Of a stretch of DNA of 64,000 nucleotides, positions 39,789 to 49,752 are shown piece after piece. The notes below the pieces were generated by a model that made no database searches, had not been told where the DNA came from, and was given only the letters and a program-made list of their open reading frames with translations. The DNA comes from Candidatus Levyibacteriota bacterium. GTDB taxonomy: Bacteria; Patescibacteriota; Microgenomatia; Levybacterales; UBA12049. The position numbers and the translations under genes were made by a program. The stretch spans positions 1,029,404-1,093,403 of the forward strand of contig OY970292.1 of NCBI GenBank assembly GCA_963716145.1. Reading direction: 5' to 3'. Within the stretch, counting starts at the first letter, position 1, and every line of letters starts with the position of its first letter.

Positions 39789-42754
39789 TTAATAATCTCT
39801 AAAAGTTTTTCTATACGAATCGACCGCTTTGTTCAGATCAATGTTTACAATAGTGTTAACATTCATTCCTAATATTTTTATTTTGGGCTCTTTTGTTATT
39901 ATTCCTAATTCATAAATGATATTTCCTTTCATTATTTTTTCGAATTCCTTTTTGTTTTTGGGATCAATAGTTGCCAAAATTCTTCCTTGACTTTCAGAAT
40001 ATAGAGCGTAATTATCATTTTTGGTTCTTCCAGGTAGGCCTTTTAGCCTCAATTCTATGCCTAGCATACCGCTAATTGCCTTTTTTGCTATTGCAACTCC
40101 GAGACCGCCTCTGCCAATGCTAATTCCGGAAGCAATAAGTTTTTTTTGAACCGCATTGTAATATGATTGATAAAGTTTTTTATTTTTTTTAGCCTCTACA
40201 ATCGGTACTGAGCCTCCAGAAGTCTTATTTAGCGCTGAGTATTCGGATCCTCCCAACTCTTCATTTGTCTCACCAAGAATATATACAAGGTCTCCGGGAA
40301 ATTTCGGGTCTATTGAAATACTTTTATTTATGTCATCAATTACGCCAATTGATGAAATCAATAAGGTAGGAGGAATCGAAATTTTTATTGCTTTTCCATC
40401 TTTGTCGTAGCCTTTGAAATCGTTAAACATACTGTCTTTTCCTGAAATATACGGCGTACCAAATTCAACAGCATAATCATAGCAGGCCAGCGCGGCAAGT
40501 TTTAATTGTCCCAGTCTTTCAGGCTCATTACTGCTACACCAGCAGAAGTTATCCAAGAGTGCTAGATAGGCGGGGTTACCCCCGGCAGTAACTGCGTTAC
40601 GTATAGCTGTGTCTATGGAGCATGCAGCCATATCGTAGGCATTAATTTCAGTATAAGATGGATACATCCCTTGTGATAAAATTACCCCTCTATTTGAGCC
40701 CAGAACAGGACGAATAATTGAAGCATCTGTATTTACACGGCCCTTTCCCTGAAGCGGGCCGAGCACTGCGTTGCCCTGAACAATATAATCATATTGTTGG
40801 GAGACAAATTCGAAACTGGTTAGATTTAATCTAGACAGCATATCGGTAAATATTTTATTTTGATCCTTGGATTCCTTGACTTCTGACTTCTGACTTCTGA
40901 CTTCTGACTTTTTTGTTTTCAGTTGACGCTTTGGTAGACCATCATGAAGAAACGGCAGATCAATATCCATAATTTTTTTATTTTTGTAATTAACAATACA
41001 TCTGCCGCTATTTGTAAACGTACCAATCACAGTTGTTTCAACACCGCGGCGTTTCATAAGATCAGAAAACTTGGGCCAATTTTTATTAGGAATCGCAAGA
41101 GTCATTCTTTCTTGTGATTCTGAAATCCAGATTTCCCATGGTTCGAGTCCCGGATATTTAAGAGGTACTTTCTCAAGATTAACTAGACATCCGCCGGATT
41201 CTTTGGCCATTTCTGCAACAGAGCAGGAAAGCCCACCCGCGCCATCATCGGTAATGCTGTTGTACAGTAGTTGATCACGCGCTTCCTTCACAACAGCATC
41301 ACTCAATTTTTTCTGAGTAATAGGATCACCAATCTGTACTGCGGCAGCAGGGCTTCCGCTATCAATTGCTTCTGATGAAAACGTCGCTCCGTGAATTCCG
41401 TCTTTTCCTACACGTCCTCCAATCATAACTATCAAATCTCCAAGTTTTGCTTTTTTGATGTGTGCTAATTTACCTTTTACTTTTCTTGGGATTAAGCCAA
41501 CTGTGCCGGCAAATACCAGAGGTTTACCGCGGTAACGCTCATCAAAATAAATAAAACCTTGAGGGGTGGGAATTCCTGATTGATTTCCGCCTGCATTAAC
41601 ACCCTCGATGACTCCGTCCATGATCCTTCTGCTGGATAACATTTTTTGTGACAAGTTTTTGTCTTTGTATAATGAAATGTCGATTCTGGGATCAGCAAGA
41701 CAAAATCCATAGATATTGGCGACCGGCTTGGCGCCAAGACCAAAACCTATCGTGTCACGATTTACCCCAACAATTCCCGTAATTGAGCCACCATAAGGAT
41801 CTAGAGCTGAAGGACTGTTGTGCGTCTCTACCTTATGAGTTATTAAATGATCTTTATCAAACACAATTGCTCCTGAGTTATCGGTGAACACAGAAACGCA
41901 AAAGTCTTTTCTACCTTTTTCTTTTCTTATCTTTTCCGTAGCGCCTTTTATATAAGTTTTATATAGCCCGTCTTTTATTTCGTCAATCGGTCCTCCAAAA
42001 ATCGTGTGCTTACAGTGTTCAGACCACGTCTGGGCAAGTGACTCCAATTCAATATCAGTTGGATTTCTTCCCAATTTTTTGAAATAGTTTTGAATAGTTT
42101 TCATAAACTGAAGGTCAAGTGCAAGAGGTCCGCGGCGGTGCCGTCACTGTTGGCGATTCCTGCTTTTCCAATTGTTATTAAATCCTCATCTGTGACATTG
42201 AGATTAATAGTTGTAACTTCAGGTTTTTTACTAAGTTTTACTTTTGGAACTATCATATCCATCCCACCGTCTTTTATAAACTGCTCATAGATTTTTATGT
42301 GAGACCTTTGGATTAGCGGATTATGAAGACTAAATGCGATTTGTTCTGCTTCTGTTTTTGAAATACTTCCTGATATAAATGTAACTTGGGAAGAATAGAC
42401 TCCCTCGTCGTCATTAAATTTTAATTTCAATTTGTCTTCTATTATTTCCCTGGTAGTATGAGCTATATTATCAGTCACACCGGGAAGAAATCCAATTTCT
42501 ATCGCAAAGGAGAATTTCTTTTTTGGTATAAATTTGATTTTTTCTGAGCGGAATACATAGTCTTGGATTACAGGATTTGAAAGCTGAGATGCGATTGCAA
42601 CAAGCTGTTTTTCTGTAAAAAATTTATCAACTGTATAAACGTCTATTATCCAAAGATCGGTTATTTTTTTAAATCCTAAGTTGCCGAAGTTTTTTTGCCG
42701 TACAACAGCTCTTGCATCAAAATCTTTTGCCATAACCCCAATCCGTGTTGTCAT
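39789..42754 (-). CDS. purL: FGAM synthase subunit PurL with N-terminal PurS-like region; 1-nt frameshift near 42137
   Basis: QTWSEHCKH, KVETHNSPS, DGIHGATFSS, SESQERM, SGKDS; one added base joins ORF 42101-42754 via GTRRGPLALDLQFMKTIQ. Confidence 0.92.
40877..40910. repeat. In-frame 7-bp tandem repeat (TGACTTC)x4.9 inside purL
   Basis: tgacttc tgacttc tgacttc tgacttc tgactt; encodes KSEVRSQKSEV. Confidence 0.9.
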
Positions 42755-44020
42755 ATTTTCCCAATATCCTTTCTGTACTGCATTCCTGCAAAATTAACTC
42801 CGTTTTTGCCTATTGCCGAATACGCTTTTTTCAGCGCCTCATCAAGTGTTTTGCCGGTCGCCGTTATTCCCAACACTCTTCCGCCATTTGTTACAATCTT
42901 TCCGTTTTCTTTTTTGGTTGCGAAGTGAAATACGATTACATCTTTATCTTTGATTTTGTCCAGTCCCTCAATAATTTCTTCTTTTTTATAACTTCCCGGA
43001 TAACCGGCTGATGCAAGTACGATACAGCAAGCAGATTTTTGCGCCCATTCTATTTTTATATCTTTCAATTTACCTTCCGTGCATGCAACTAGAATATCAA
43101 AAATATCAGTATTAAGAAGTCTCATGTAGGACTCTTGTTCCGGATCGCCAAAGCGGGAATTGAATTCCACAACTTTTGGGCCGTTCTTTGTCATCATCAA
43201 GCCAGGATATAGACATCCGATAAATGGAGCGCCTCTTTTTTTATCCCTCTTAGCGCGGGAATGATGATTGTCTGCGTGATTAGCTCCATATCTTTTTTGG
43301 TAATTCCGGGAACCGGTGCTATTGTTGCCATGCCGCCGGTATTTGGTCCCTTATTGCCATCGTAAATCGGTTTGTGATCCCTGCTGGTTGGGAAAATAGA
43401 AAATGTCTTACCGTCTGAAAACACATGAATGGAAATCTCTTTTCCTTCCAAAAATTCTTCAATTACGACTTCATTGCCGGAATTGCCAAAAACTTTATTC
43501 ACCATAATTTCATCAATTGCCGATATTGCTTCCTCAAGATTTTGAGCAACCGTTACCCCCTTACCAAGTGCTAGACCGCTTGCTTTTATGACAATTGGAA
43601 ATTTTTGTTGTTTTAAGTATTTTTTTGCGGATTGTGCGGTGGTAAAAGTTTGATATTTGGCAGTTGGGATATTTTCCTCTTTCATCAATTGTTTGGCAAA
43701 GGATTTGGACCACTCAATTTGAGCTGCTTCTTTTGTCGGGCCAAAAATTTTAATACCTTTTTTCTGAAATGTGTTCACAACACCTTTTGCCAGAACATCA
43801 TCTGATCCAGCAACGGTAAAATCAATTTTGTTATCAAGTGCGAATTTTAATAAACCCTCAACATCCAGTCCGTCAATTGCGGTACTTTCTCCAATTTTTT
43901 CCGTTCCGGGCTTCCTGGGGCAAAATAAATTTTTCCAACTTTTGGAGACTGTTTTAATTTCCAGCCTAGTGCGTGTTCACGTCCAAGAGAGCCAATAATT
44001 AATACGCTGCTTTTTTTCAC
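42751..44020 (-). CDS. purD: Phosphoribosylamine--glycine ligase; two 1-nt frameshifts (~43910, ~43235)
   Basis: GTG start overlapping the purF-N stop; [55 protein letters not shown] spread over three frames. Confidence 0.9.
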
Positions 44021-46140
44021 CAGATAAATCCTCCTTTACTTATATCAATGCCGCTTTTCATCACATGCAGAACTCTTTTTAGCGCAGTTGGTAATAATGC
44101 ATATTCTGTTGCGTGAGCTTTTTTCTCCCAAGATTCAAATGTATCCTCCGGCTTTTTACTAAATTCAGCCTTCATAATAATTGGTCCCACATCAAAATTA
44201 TTTCCGGGTAAAATTTGATGAACAGTAATGCCTGATACTGGAACATTATTTTCATAAGAAGTTTTTATTGCATCGACGCCTCTGATGATGGGGAGCTTTC
44301 CTCTAGAAGTCTGGATTTTTTCATCTGGGGTCTGTGTCATAAGGGCTGGGTGAAGATTGATAATTGGTATTTCCATGTTTTGTGTTTCCTTTACAAACTT
44401 ATCTCCCAATACCATCATCCATCCTGCAAGGACTATCAGATCCGGTTTAATATGTAGAACCTCTTTAAGTAATTGTTCCTCATATTGGCTTCTTGCTTTC
44501 TTATCTGAAAGCTTTGCATTATAAGGTAAAGCAATAGTTGGAATTTTATGCTTTTTTGCCCGTTTCAGCCCGTATGCATCTTTTTTATTGGATAGGACAC
44601 CGATAATATCTGCGTCAATATCCTTATTTTCAACACCGTTTATTATTTCCTGTAAATTAGTTCCGTCGCCTGAAATAAACACGGTAATTTTGGGCTTACC
44701 AATAATTTTTCGCTTACGCTTTGGGAGAGGTAGCTGTTTGTCTCTTATTGGGTGCGGACCACCAAAAGGTGTGTAATAAAAATCTTCCTTCTTACCACCC
44801 ATTGCTTCAGCTGTCTGTTCAATCGGAAGATATACGACTTCATCAGCATTAATTAATTTGGAAATATTTTCTTCGATTTTATCAAAAGGTTCGCTTACAA
44901 ACTTTGCTGCCGGTAAATCCTTTTTATTACGCATATCAATTCCCATATCGCATTGGTCAACAACAGGAGGGCTTGCAAAAGCCATGTATACTTCACTGGC
45001 TCCTGCTTTTTTGAGTTCTCTGGTGAGAGCAACACTTGTTGTCATTCTTATCGCTGAATCATCGACAACTACTACTTTTTTTCCAATCACCTCATCCGGT
45101 ACTACATTGTGTTTACGCCCGACCGCTGCTACTCTTCTTTCCTGACCAGGTTGTATAAAGGTACGCCCGATATAATGACTTGTTGTTATTGCATCAACCA
45201 ACGGAAGTTCGAGCTCTTTTGCGACACCTTTTGCTGCGGGGTAGCCGGAGTCAAAAACAGGAATTACGATATCCGGTTTTAAATTCTTCTTCTTAATTCT
45301 TTGAGCAAGAAGCATGCCTGATCGTTCGCGTCCAGCTTTTACACGCCTCCCGTTCATAAAACTATCAGGCCTCGCAAAATATATATATTCAAATATACAA
45401 AATTTGTGGCGTTTAGGTTCGCCGAAAAAATATGAATTTATTTTTCCGCTTCGATCAATTTTTATAAGTTCTCCTGGCGCAACATCCCGTATAAACTCAG
45501 CGCCCGATGTATCCAGAGAAACTGATTCAGAGGCAATTATAAATCCATTTGGAAATCTACCAAGACAAAGTGGACGAATTCCAAAAGGATCCCTAGCCGC
45601 GAAAATAGATCCTTCCTCAGTTAAAATATTTAGATTATATGCACCTTGGAAAAGAGGCAATGTATTTATCAGCGTTTGTTCCCAACTATCAAATGACGGT
45701 CGTCTTTTTAGAAGAAGTTTGGTCATCGCAATCGTATCACTTGTTACCTTCTCATTGGGTCCAAGAAGTTTTAAGATATTTGATATATCGGGAATATTTC
45801 CATTGTGCCCAACGCTTATCTGATATTCACCAGTTGCTATGTCGATGGGTTGTGCATTTGCAAAAGAGGATTCACCAGACGTTCCGTAGCGGTTTTGACC
45901 TGTCGCAATTTTACTGGGACCAAGCTGGGTGAGTACAGCATCTGTTAATACATGAGGAACAAGACCCATTCCTTTATATGTAACTATTTTATTTTTTGGG
46001 GTGAAGATACTGAGGCCTGCGCTTTCAAGTCCACGGTGCTGTAGAGCGGCCAAGGCGAGACGGGCCAAGAATGGAGCGTTACCAGTGGAATCCCATACAG
46101 CAACGACTCCACATTTTTCTTTTAAATCAATCTTATTCAT
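44017..46140 (-). CDS. purF: Amidophosphoribosyltransferase fused to GAR transformylase (PurF-PurN)
   Basis: Propeptide then [26 protein letters not shown]; C-terminal [32 protein letters not shown]. Confidence 0.93.
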   Translation of the reverse strand: MNKIDLKEKCGVVAVWDSTGNAPFLARLALAALQHRGLESAGLSIFTPKNKIVTYKGMGLVPHVLTDAVLTQLGPSKIATGQNRYGTSGESSFANAQPIDIATGEYQISVGHNGNIPDISNILKLLGPNEKVTSDTIAMTKLLLKRRPSFDSWEQTLINTLPLFQGAYNLNILTEEGSIFAARDPFGIRPLCLGRFPNGFIIASESVSLDTSGAEFIRDVAPGELIKIDRSGKINSYFFGEPKRHKFCIFEYIYFARPDSFMNGRRVKAGRERSGMLLAQRIKKKNLKPDIVIPVFDSGYPAAKGVAKELELPLVDAITTSHYIGRTFIQPGQERRVAAVGRKHNVVPDEVIGKKVVVVDDSAIRMTTSVALTRELKKAGASEVYMAFASPPVVDQCDMGIDMRNKKDLPAAKFVSEPFDKIEENISKLINADEVVYLPIEQTAEAMGGKKEDFYYTPFGGPHPIRDKQLPLPKRKRKIIGKPKITVFISGDGTNLQEIINGVENKDIDADIIGVLSNKKDAYGLKRAKKHKIPTIALPYNAKLSDKKARSQYEEQLLKEVLHIKPDLIVLAGWMMVLGDKFVKETQNMEIPIINLHPALMTQTPDEKIQTSRGKLPIIRGVDAIKTSYENNVPVSGITVHQILPGNNFDVGPIIMKAEFSKKPEDTFESWEKKAHATEYALLPTALKRVLHVMKSGIDISKGGFIW

Positions 46141-46144
46141 AATT

Positions 46145-46177
46145 AAAAAAAACAAAAAACCCGCTCGTTAGCGGGTT
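46145..46177 (-). terminator. Intrinsic terminator in the pur operon leader
   Basis: Minus strand AACCCGCT-AACG-AGCGGGTT followed by TTTTGTTTTTTTT, ending 4 nt before the purF ATG. Confidence 0.85.
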
Positions 46178-46266
46178 GCTGTTTCTATATGCTTATTTCC
46201 TGAGCATTCTAATTTATTTATAAGATATTTCTTTTGTTGGGTCAATATGGGTTTTGCTATTTCCAT
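46168..46266 (-). CDS. Putative pur leader peptide ([32 protein letters not shown], 32 aa)
   Basis: ATG 6 nt after extended -10 TGCTATAAT (46272-46280); TAA stop at the top of the terminator hairpin. Confidence 0.55.
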   Translation of the reverse strand: MEIAKPILTQQKKYLINKLECSGNKHIETATR

Positions 46267-46333
46267 ATTCTATTATAGCATACTTTGTCAAAAAAATGCA
46301 TTAAATTCGCTCCAATGTGTTAAAATTAAGCCT

Positions 46334-47347
46334 ATGGATTCAATCAAAGAACGCGCAAATAAAATTTTTGAAAAAGTAGATGTAGATAGCAAGCGGAAAA
46401 AGATAAGAGAGTTGGAAGTTATGTGTTTAAAGCCTGATTTCTGGCAGGATCATCAAACGGCAGCAAAAGTTATGAAGGAGCTGTCGGATCTTCAAAAAGA
46501 AATTGAAGAGGTGGAAATGCTCCAAATGTATATTGACCCTTCGGCAGGCTCAGGGCATGAGCAGGAGGCGGAGGAATTGCTTAAAAAATTGGAGATGCTT
46601 CTTTATTTTGGAGGAGTTAATGATTCGGCGAATATAATAATGGGAATTCACTCCGGACAAGGCGGAGTCGAGGCAATGGATTGGGCTGAAATGCTTTTCA
46701 GGATGTACACAAGATATTTCGAAAAAAAAGGATGGAAGTATGAAATTTTGGATCAAACACAAGGCGAGGAAGCAGGAATCAAAAGTATAACTATTGCCGT
46801 AAGCGGTAAGTATGTTTTCGGATATTTAAAACATGAAGGCGGAGCGCATCGCTTGGTTCGACAATCTCCCTTTAATGCAGACAAATTGCGCCAAACGTCT
46901 TTTGCGTTAGTTGAAATTTTGCCAGAAGTTGATAAAGAAGTGCTGGATCTAAGAGATGATGATATAGAATTTGAAGCATTCAGGTCCGGTGGACACGGGG
47001 GACAAAATGTAAATAAAGTCTCAACAGCAGTACGTCTCAAGCACAAGCCTTCGGGAATCGCGGTAACAGCGTCAGTTGAAAGATCACAAATCCAAAATCG
47101 GGAATTTGCTATGAAGCTTCTGCGCGCAAAGCTGTGGGCTATTCAGGAGGAAGAGCGGAAGAAAAGGGAAGCAGAGCTTAAAGGTGGTTATAAAACGCCA
47201 GGCTGGGGGAATCAGATCCGTTCATATGTCCTGCACCCGTATAAAATGGTAAAAGATTTGCGCACAGGTGTTGAGACCGGTAACGCCGATGCGGTGCTGG
47301 ATGGAGATTTGGATATGTTTATAGAAGAAGAGCTTCGCGCTCTATAG
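46334..47347 (+). CDS. prfB: Peptide chain release factor 2 (no programmed frameshift)
   Basis: SPF motif, [23 protein letters not shown]; start moved to ATG 46334 after TGTTAAAAT. Confidence 0.95.
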   Translation: MDSIKERANKIFEKVDVDSKRKKIRELEVMCLKPDFWQDHQTAAKVMKELSDLQKEIEEVEMLQMYIDPSAGSGHEQEAEELLKKLEMLLYFGGVNDSANIIMGIHSGQGGVEAMDWAEMLFRMYTRYFEKKGWKYEILDQTQGEEAGIKSITIAVSGKYVFGYLKHEGGAHRLVRQSPFNADKLRQTSFALVEILPEVDKEVLDLRDDDIEFEAFRSGGHGGQNVNKVSTAVRLKHKPSGIAVTASVERSQIQNREFAMKLLRAKLWAIQEEERKKREAELKGGYKTPGWGNQIRSYVLHPYKMVKDLRTGVETGNADAVLDGDLDMFIEEELRAL

Positions 47348-47449
47348 TTTGATATAGTTTTTTCTTACTCTACCTTTACTCCGTCTTGGTCAATCTCTTA
47401 AGGTTGACTGCTTGAATAGCAGTTCAGTTAGAAAGGAGGTGGATAAAAT

Positions 47450-47683
47450 ATGGCAGATATAGCTAGCCGTGGATTAGGTTCGGATAAAATTGACCCACAG
47501 AAAAAACGCGCAATCCAAAGCAGAGGAGGACGAGTTAGTTCCATGAAGCAGGATATGAGCGTGCTGGGCCGAAAAGGCGGCCGCGCAGCACAGCGAAGCG
47601 GAAATGCGCATCGATTGACCAATAATGAAAGAAGCCGAGGAGGACAAAGCAGCCCAACAAGCTTTGTGGGGATGAATAATTAG
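47450..47683 (+). CDS. KGG-repeat general stress protein (YciG/Con-10-like)
   Basis: RGLGS, SRGG, GRKGG, SRGG repeats; strong SD GAAAGGAGGT. Confidence 0.8.
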   Translation: MADIASRGLGSDKIDPQKKRAIQSRGGRVSSMKQDMSVLGRKGGRAAQRSGNAHRLTNNERSRGGQSSPTSFVGMNN

Positions 47684-47755
47684 CTTGATTCTGCGAGGAG
47701 TAGGACAATGTAAAAAATTTAATTCTAGAAGCTTTTACGGAGCAAGGTTAAGTGA

Positions 47756-48514
47756 TTATTTTTTACTCCTTTCACCTTTTTTCCATTTTACGGAATTCAG
47801 AAGTTTGCCGTACATATCATCTTTTTTGGAAATTTTTAAATTATCTCTCTCCTTTTCTGTTGGGGGACGATTTTGAAAAATGACAAATGGAATGTCTGTA
47901 ATTATTGCAATTGGAGTTTGTTCAGCACCTTCACCCATTAGTAGAACAGCAGATGCCGAGAGACCATCTAGAAGATTAAGCTTGGACATTTGAAGCTCTT
48001 TTCCAAAAATATCTTTCTTGCCTCTATAGTCTTTTAAGACATCGAACCCGCACCAAGAAATTCCAACACCTATTGATCCCTGTCTAAGCGGAAAGAAAGT
48101 ACTGTCAGTTACTATAACTCCTAGATTGGTTATTTTGTTTTTAATTTTAAGATAGTTCCAGATTTTCTCAATTGTTTTATTTATATTTCTTGGCCAGAGA
48201 ACAAAGTTACCATCTGAGTTTGACTCGTCTATTCCCGCATTTGCAATCAGTACATTATCTTTTATGCCAGGAATCAAAACTCCAAAACTTTCCAAATTTT
48301 TATCCGTATAATACAAATCGGCCTCTTTTTTTACAAGTTTGTCCTTACTGATTGTTCCGTCATTTTTAACTATATCTCCCTGACAAATACTGATTATTTT
48401 TGAGGTGACAGCAACCACAGAATTTTCCTTAAGAGTTGGCAGATATTTATCCAGGATTTTAAAAAGATCATCCCCAATTTTTATTTTGTAGGTTCTATAT
48501 GCTTTAATTATCAT
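47756..48514 (-). CDS. CofE-like gamma-glutamyl ligase (F420-0:L-Glu ligase / putative folate polyglutamylase)
   Basis: VTSKIIS, ANAGIDESN, VIVTDS...PLR.G, DYRG..DIFG..L, MGEGAEQTPIA. Confidence 0.85.
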   Translation of the reverse strand: MIIKAYRTYKIKIGDDLFKILDKYLPTLKENSVVAVTSKIISICQGDIVKNDGTISKDKLVKKEADLYYTDKNLESFGVLIPGIKDNVLIANAGIDESNSDGNFVLWPRNINKTIEKIWNYLKIKNKITNLGVIVTDSTFFPLRQGSIGVGISWCGFDVLKDYRGKKDIFGKELQMSKLNLLDGLSASAVLLMGEGAEQTPIAIITDIPFVIFQNRPPTEKERDNLKISKKDDMYGKLLNSVKWKKGERSKK

Positions 48515-49053
48515 TTTAATATTTTATACTTTAAAAATAGCGCGCCTTGAGCATTTAGTTTTTTTGTACTTAGCAGCTTGAGTTTTATGTCAAATTTTGT
48601 GTTTTGGACAAGTGGTTCGCCGATTCCGAATATCCTTGGCTCAATTGTGAGCAATAATTCATCAACCAGATTTTGTTTGAAAAATGATGTCGCGACTTTT
48701 CCTCCGGAGACCAGAAGCATTTGTTTAAACCCGAATTTTTTAAGTCTAGTAATTAACTGCTTTGGTGTTTCATCGGAAAATTCCATTTGTCCGGGGACGG
48801 CAAATTTAGAATATTTCTTTGGATTTTTTGTGAGGATAATTCTGAGTCTTTCTTTTTCAGCTTTTAGTCCTGCATTTTTATTATCTTTTACTTTATCAAA
48901 AGTGCCGCTTCCCATAACGACGAGATTGTTTTGTGATATGACCTTTTTAAAATTTGCAAAATCTTCGGGAGAGGACCATTCATAAATATTATTTCCGGTC
49001 CACTTGGTCAATTTTCCATCAATTGAAGATACATCAATCAGTACGACTTTCAT
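48511..49053 (-). CDS. Dihydrofolate reductase / RibD C-terminal domain protein
   Basis: SIDGKLT, SSPED, VVMGSGTF, GG, VDEL.LTIEP..FG.G. Confidence 0.82.
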   Translation of the reverse strand: MKVVLIDVSSIDGKLTKWTGNNIYEWSSPEDFANFKKVISQNNLVVMGSGTFDKVKDNKNAGLKAEKERLRIILTKNPKKYSKFAVPGQMEFSDETPKQLITRLKKFGFKQMLLVSGGKVATSFFKQNLVDELLLTIEPRIFGIGEPLVQNTKFDIKLKLLSTKKLNAQGALFLKYKILK

Positions 49054-49700
49054 TTTTCTTTTTTGAGCCAGTTTACTCCGAGGTAGACTAAGGGGGTTTC
49101 GATGACTGACATGAAACAGCGAAGAAGATAGTAGGGAATTGCGATGCTAATTATAAAACTAAAATTGCTGGCAAATGGCTTATCAAGCGCGTAAAAGGCA
49201 AGTGTCATGAATAACGCAACATCAATCAGCTCAGATAAAAAATTGGATACATTGGTTCTGAGCCAAAGCTTTTTTTTACCTAATTTCTCACGCAATTTTG
49301 CAAAAATGAATACGTCTGTGAATTCACTAATAGCAAAAGCAATCAAACTCGCCGCCGAAAATCTTGCAGATATTCCAAAGATGGTGCTATATGCGGCATT
49401 TGTTGGCAAAAATCTATTGCTTGCTGGCAGCCAAGTTGCCAATAAAGAAAAAACCAGAATAAAAAATATCATAAAAAGACTTGATCTTACAACGCTTTGT
49501 GCTCTTTCTTTACCATAGACCTCAACGATAATATCGTTAATAGAATAAAGAAGCGGAAGAACAAAAATGGCAACTGTAGCATTTAAATGAAAAGTACCGA
49601 TTGTGGCAACGGGGAAAGTTTTGGCACCCATTACCTCTGAAAGTACAACACAAGTAGTGTAAAAAGCTATAAGGAAATCTAATTTTTGTATTTTGAGCAT
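49050..49700 (-). CDS. YhhQ/VUT family transporter (queuosine-precursor transporter family)
   Basis: DIIVEVYG, R..AASL.AF.ISE..D, LWLRTN.S..LS.LID. Confidence 0.85.
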   Translation of the reverse strand: MLKIQKLDFLIAFYTTCVVLSEVMGAKTFPVATIGTFHLNATVAIFVLPLLYSINDIIVEVYGKERAQSVVRSSLFMIFFILVFSLLATWLPASNRFLPTNAAYSTIFGISARFSAASLIAFAISEFTDVFIFAKLREKLGKKKLWLRTNVSNFLSELIDVALFMTLAFYALDKPFASNFSFIISIAIPYYLLRCFMSVIETPLVYLGVNWLKKEK

Positions 49701-49752
49701 TTATAAGTGAGGCAGCAAAAACATTATAGCAAAAGAGGCTGGAAATAAAAAG

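Noticed and set aside
39789-44020. purL and purD as true pseudogenes or programmed frameshifts
   Set aside because: Only single-base deletions in short runs, catalytic motifs intact, and the same error type in unrelated genes; artefact is more likely, though unproven for purD
46240-46280. Purine riboswitch suggested by TATAAT..AATATGG on the minus strand
   Set aside because: No P2/P3 stems or GTTTCTAC/CCGTAAA core; better explained as a -10 box plus start codon
46334-46400. Programmed +1 frameshift in prfB
   Set aside because: The frame is open through KVDVDSK with no CTT-TGA site
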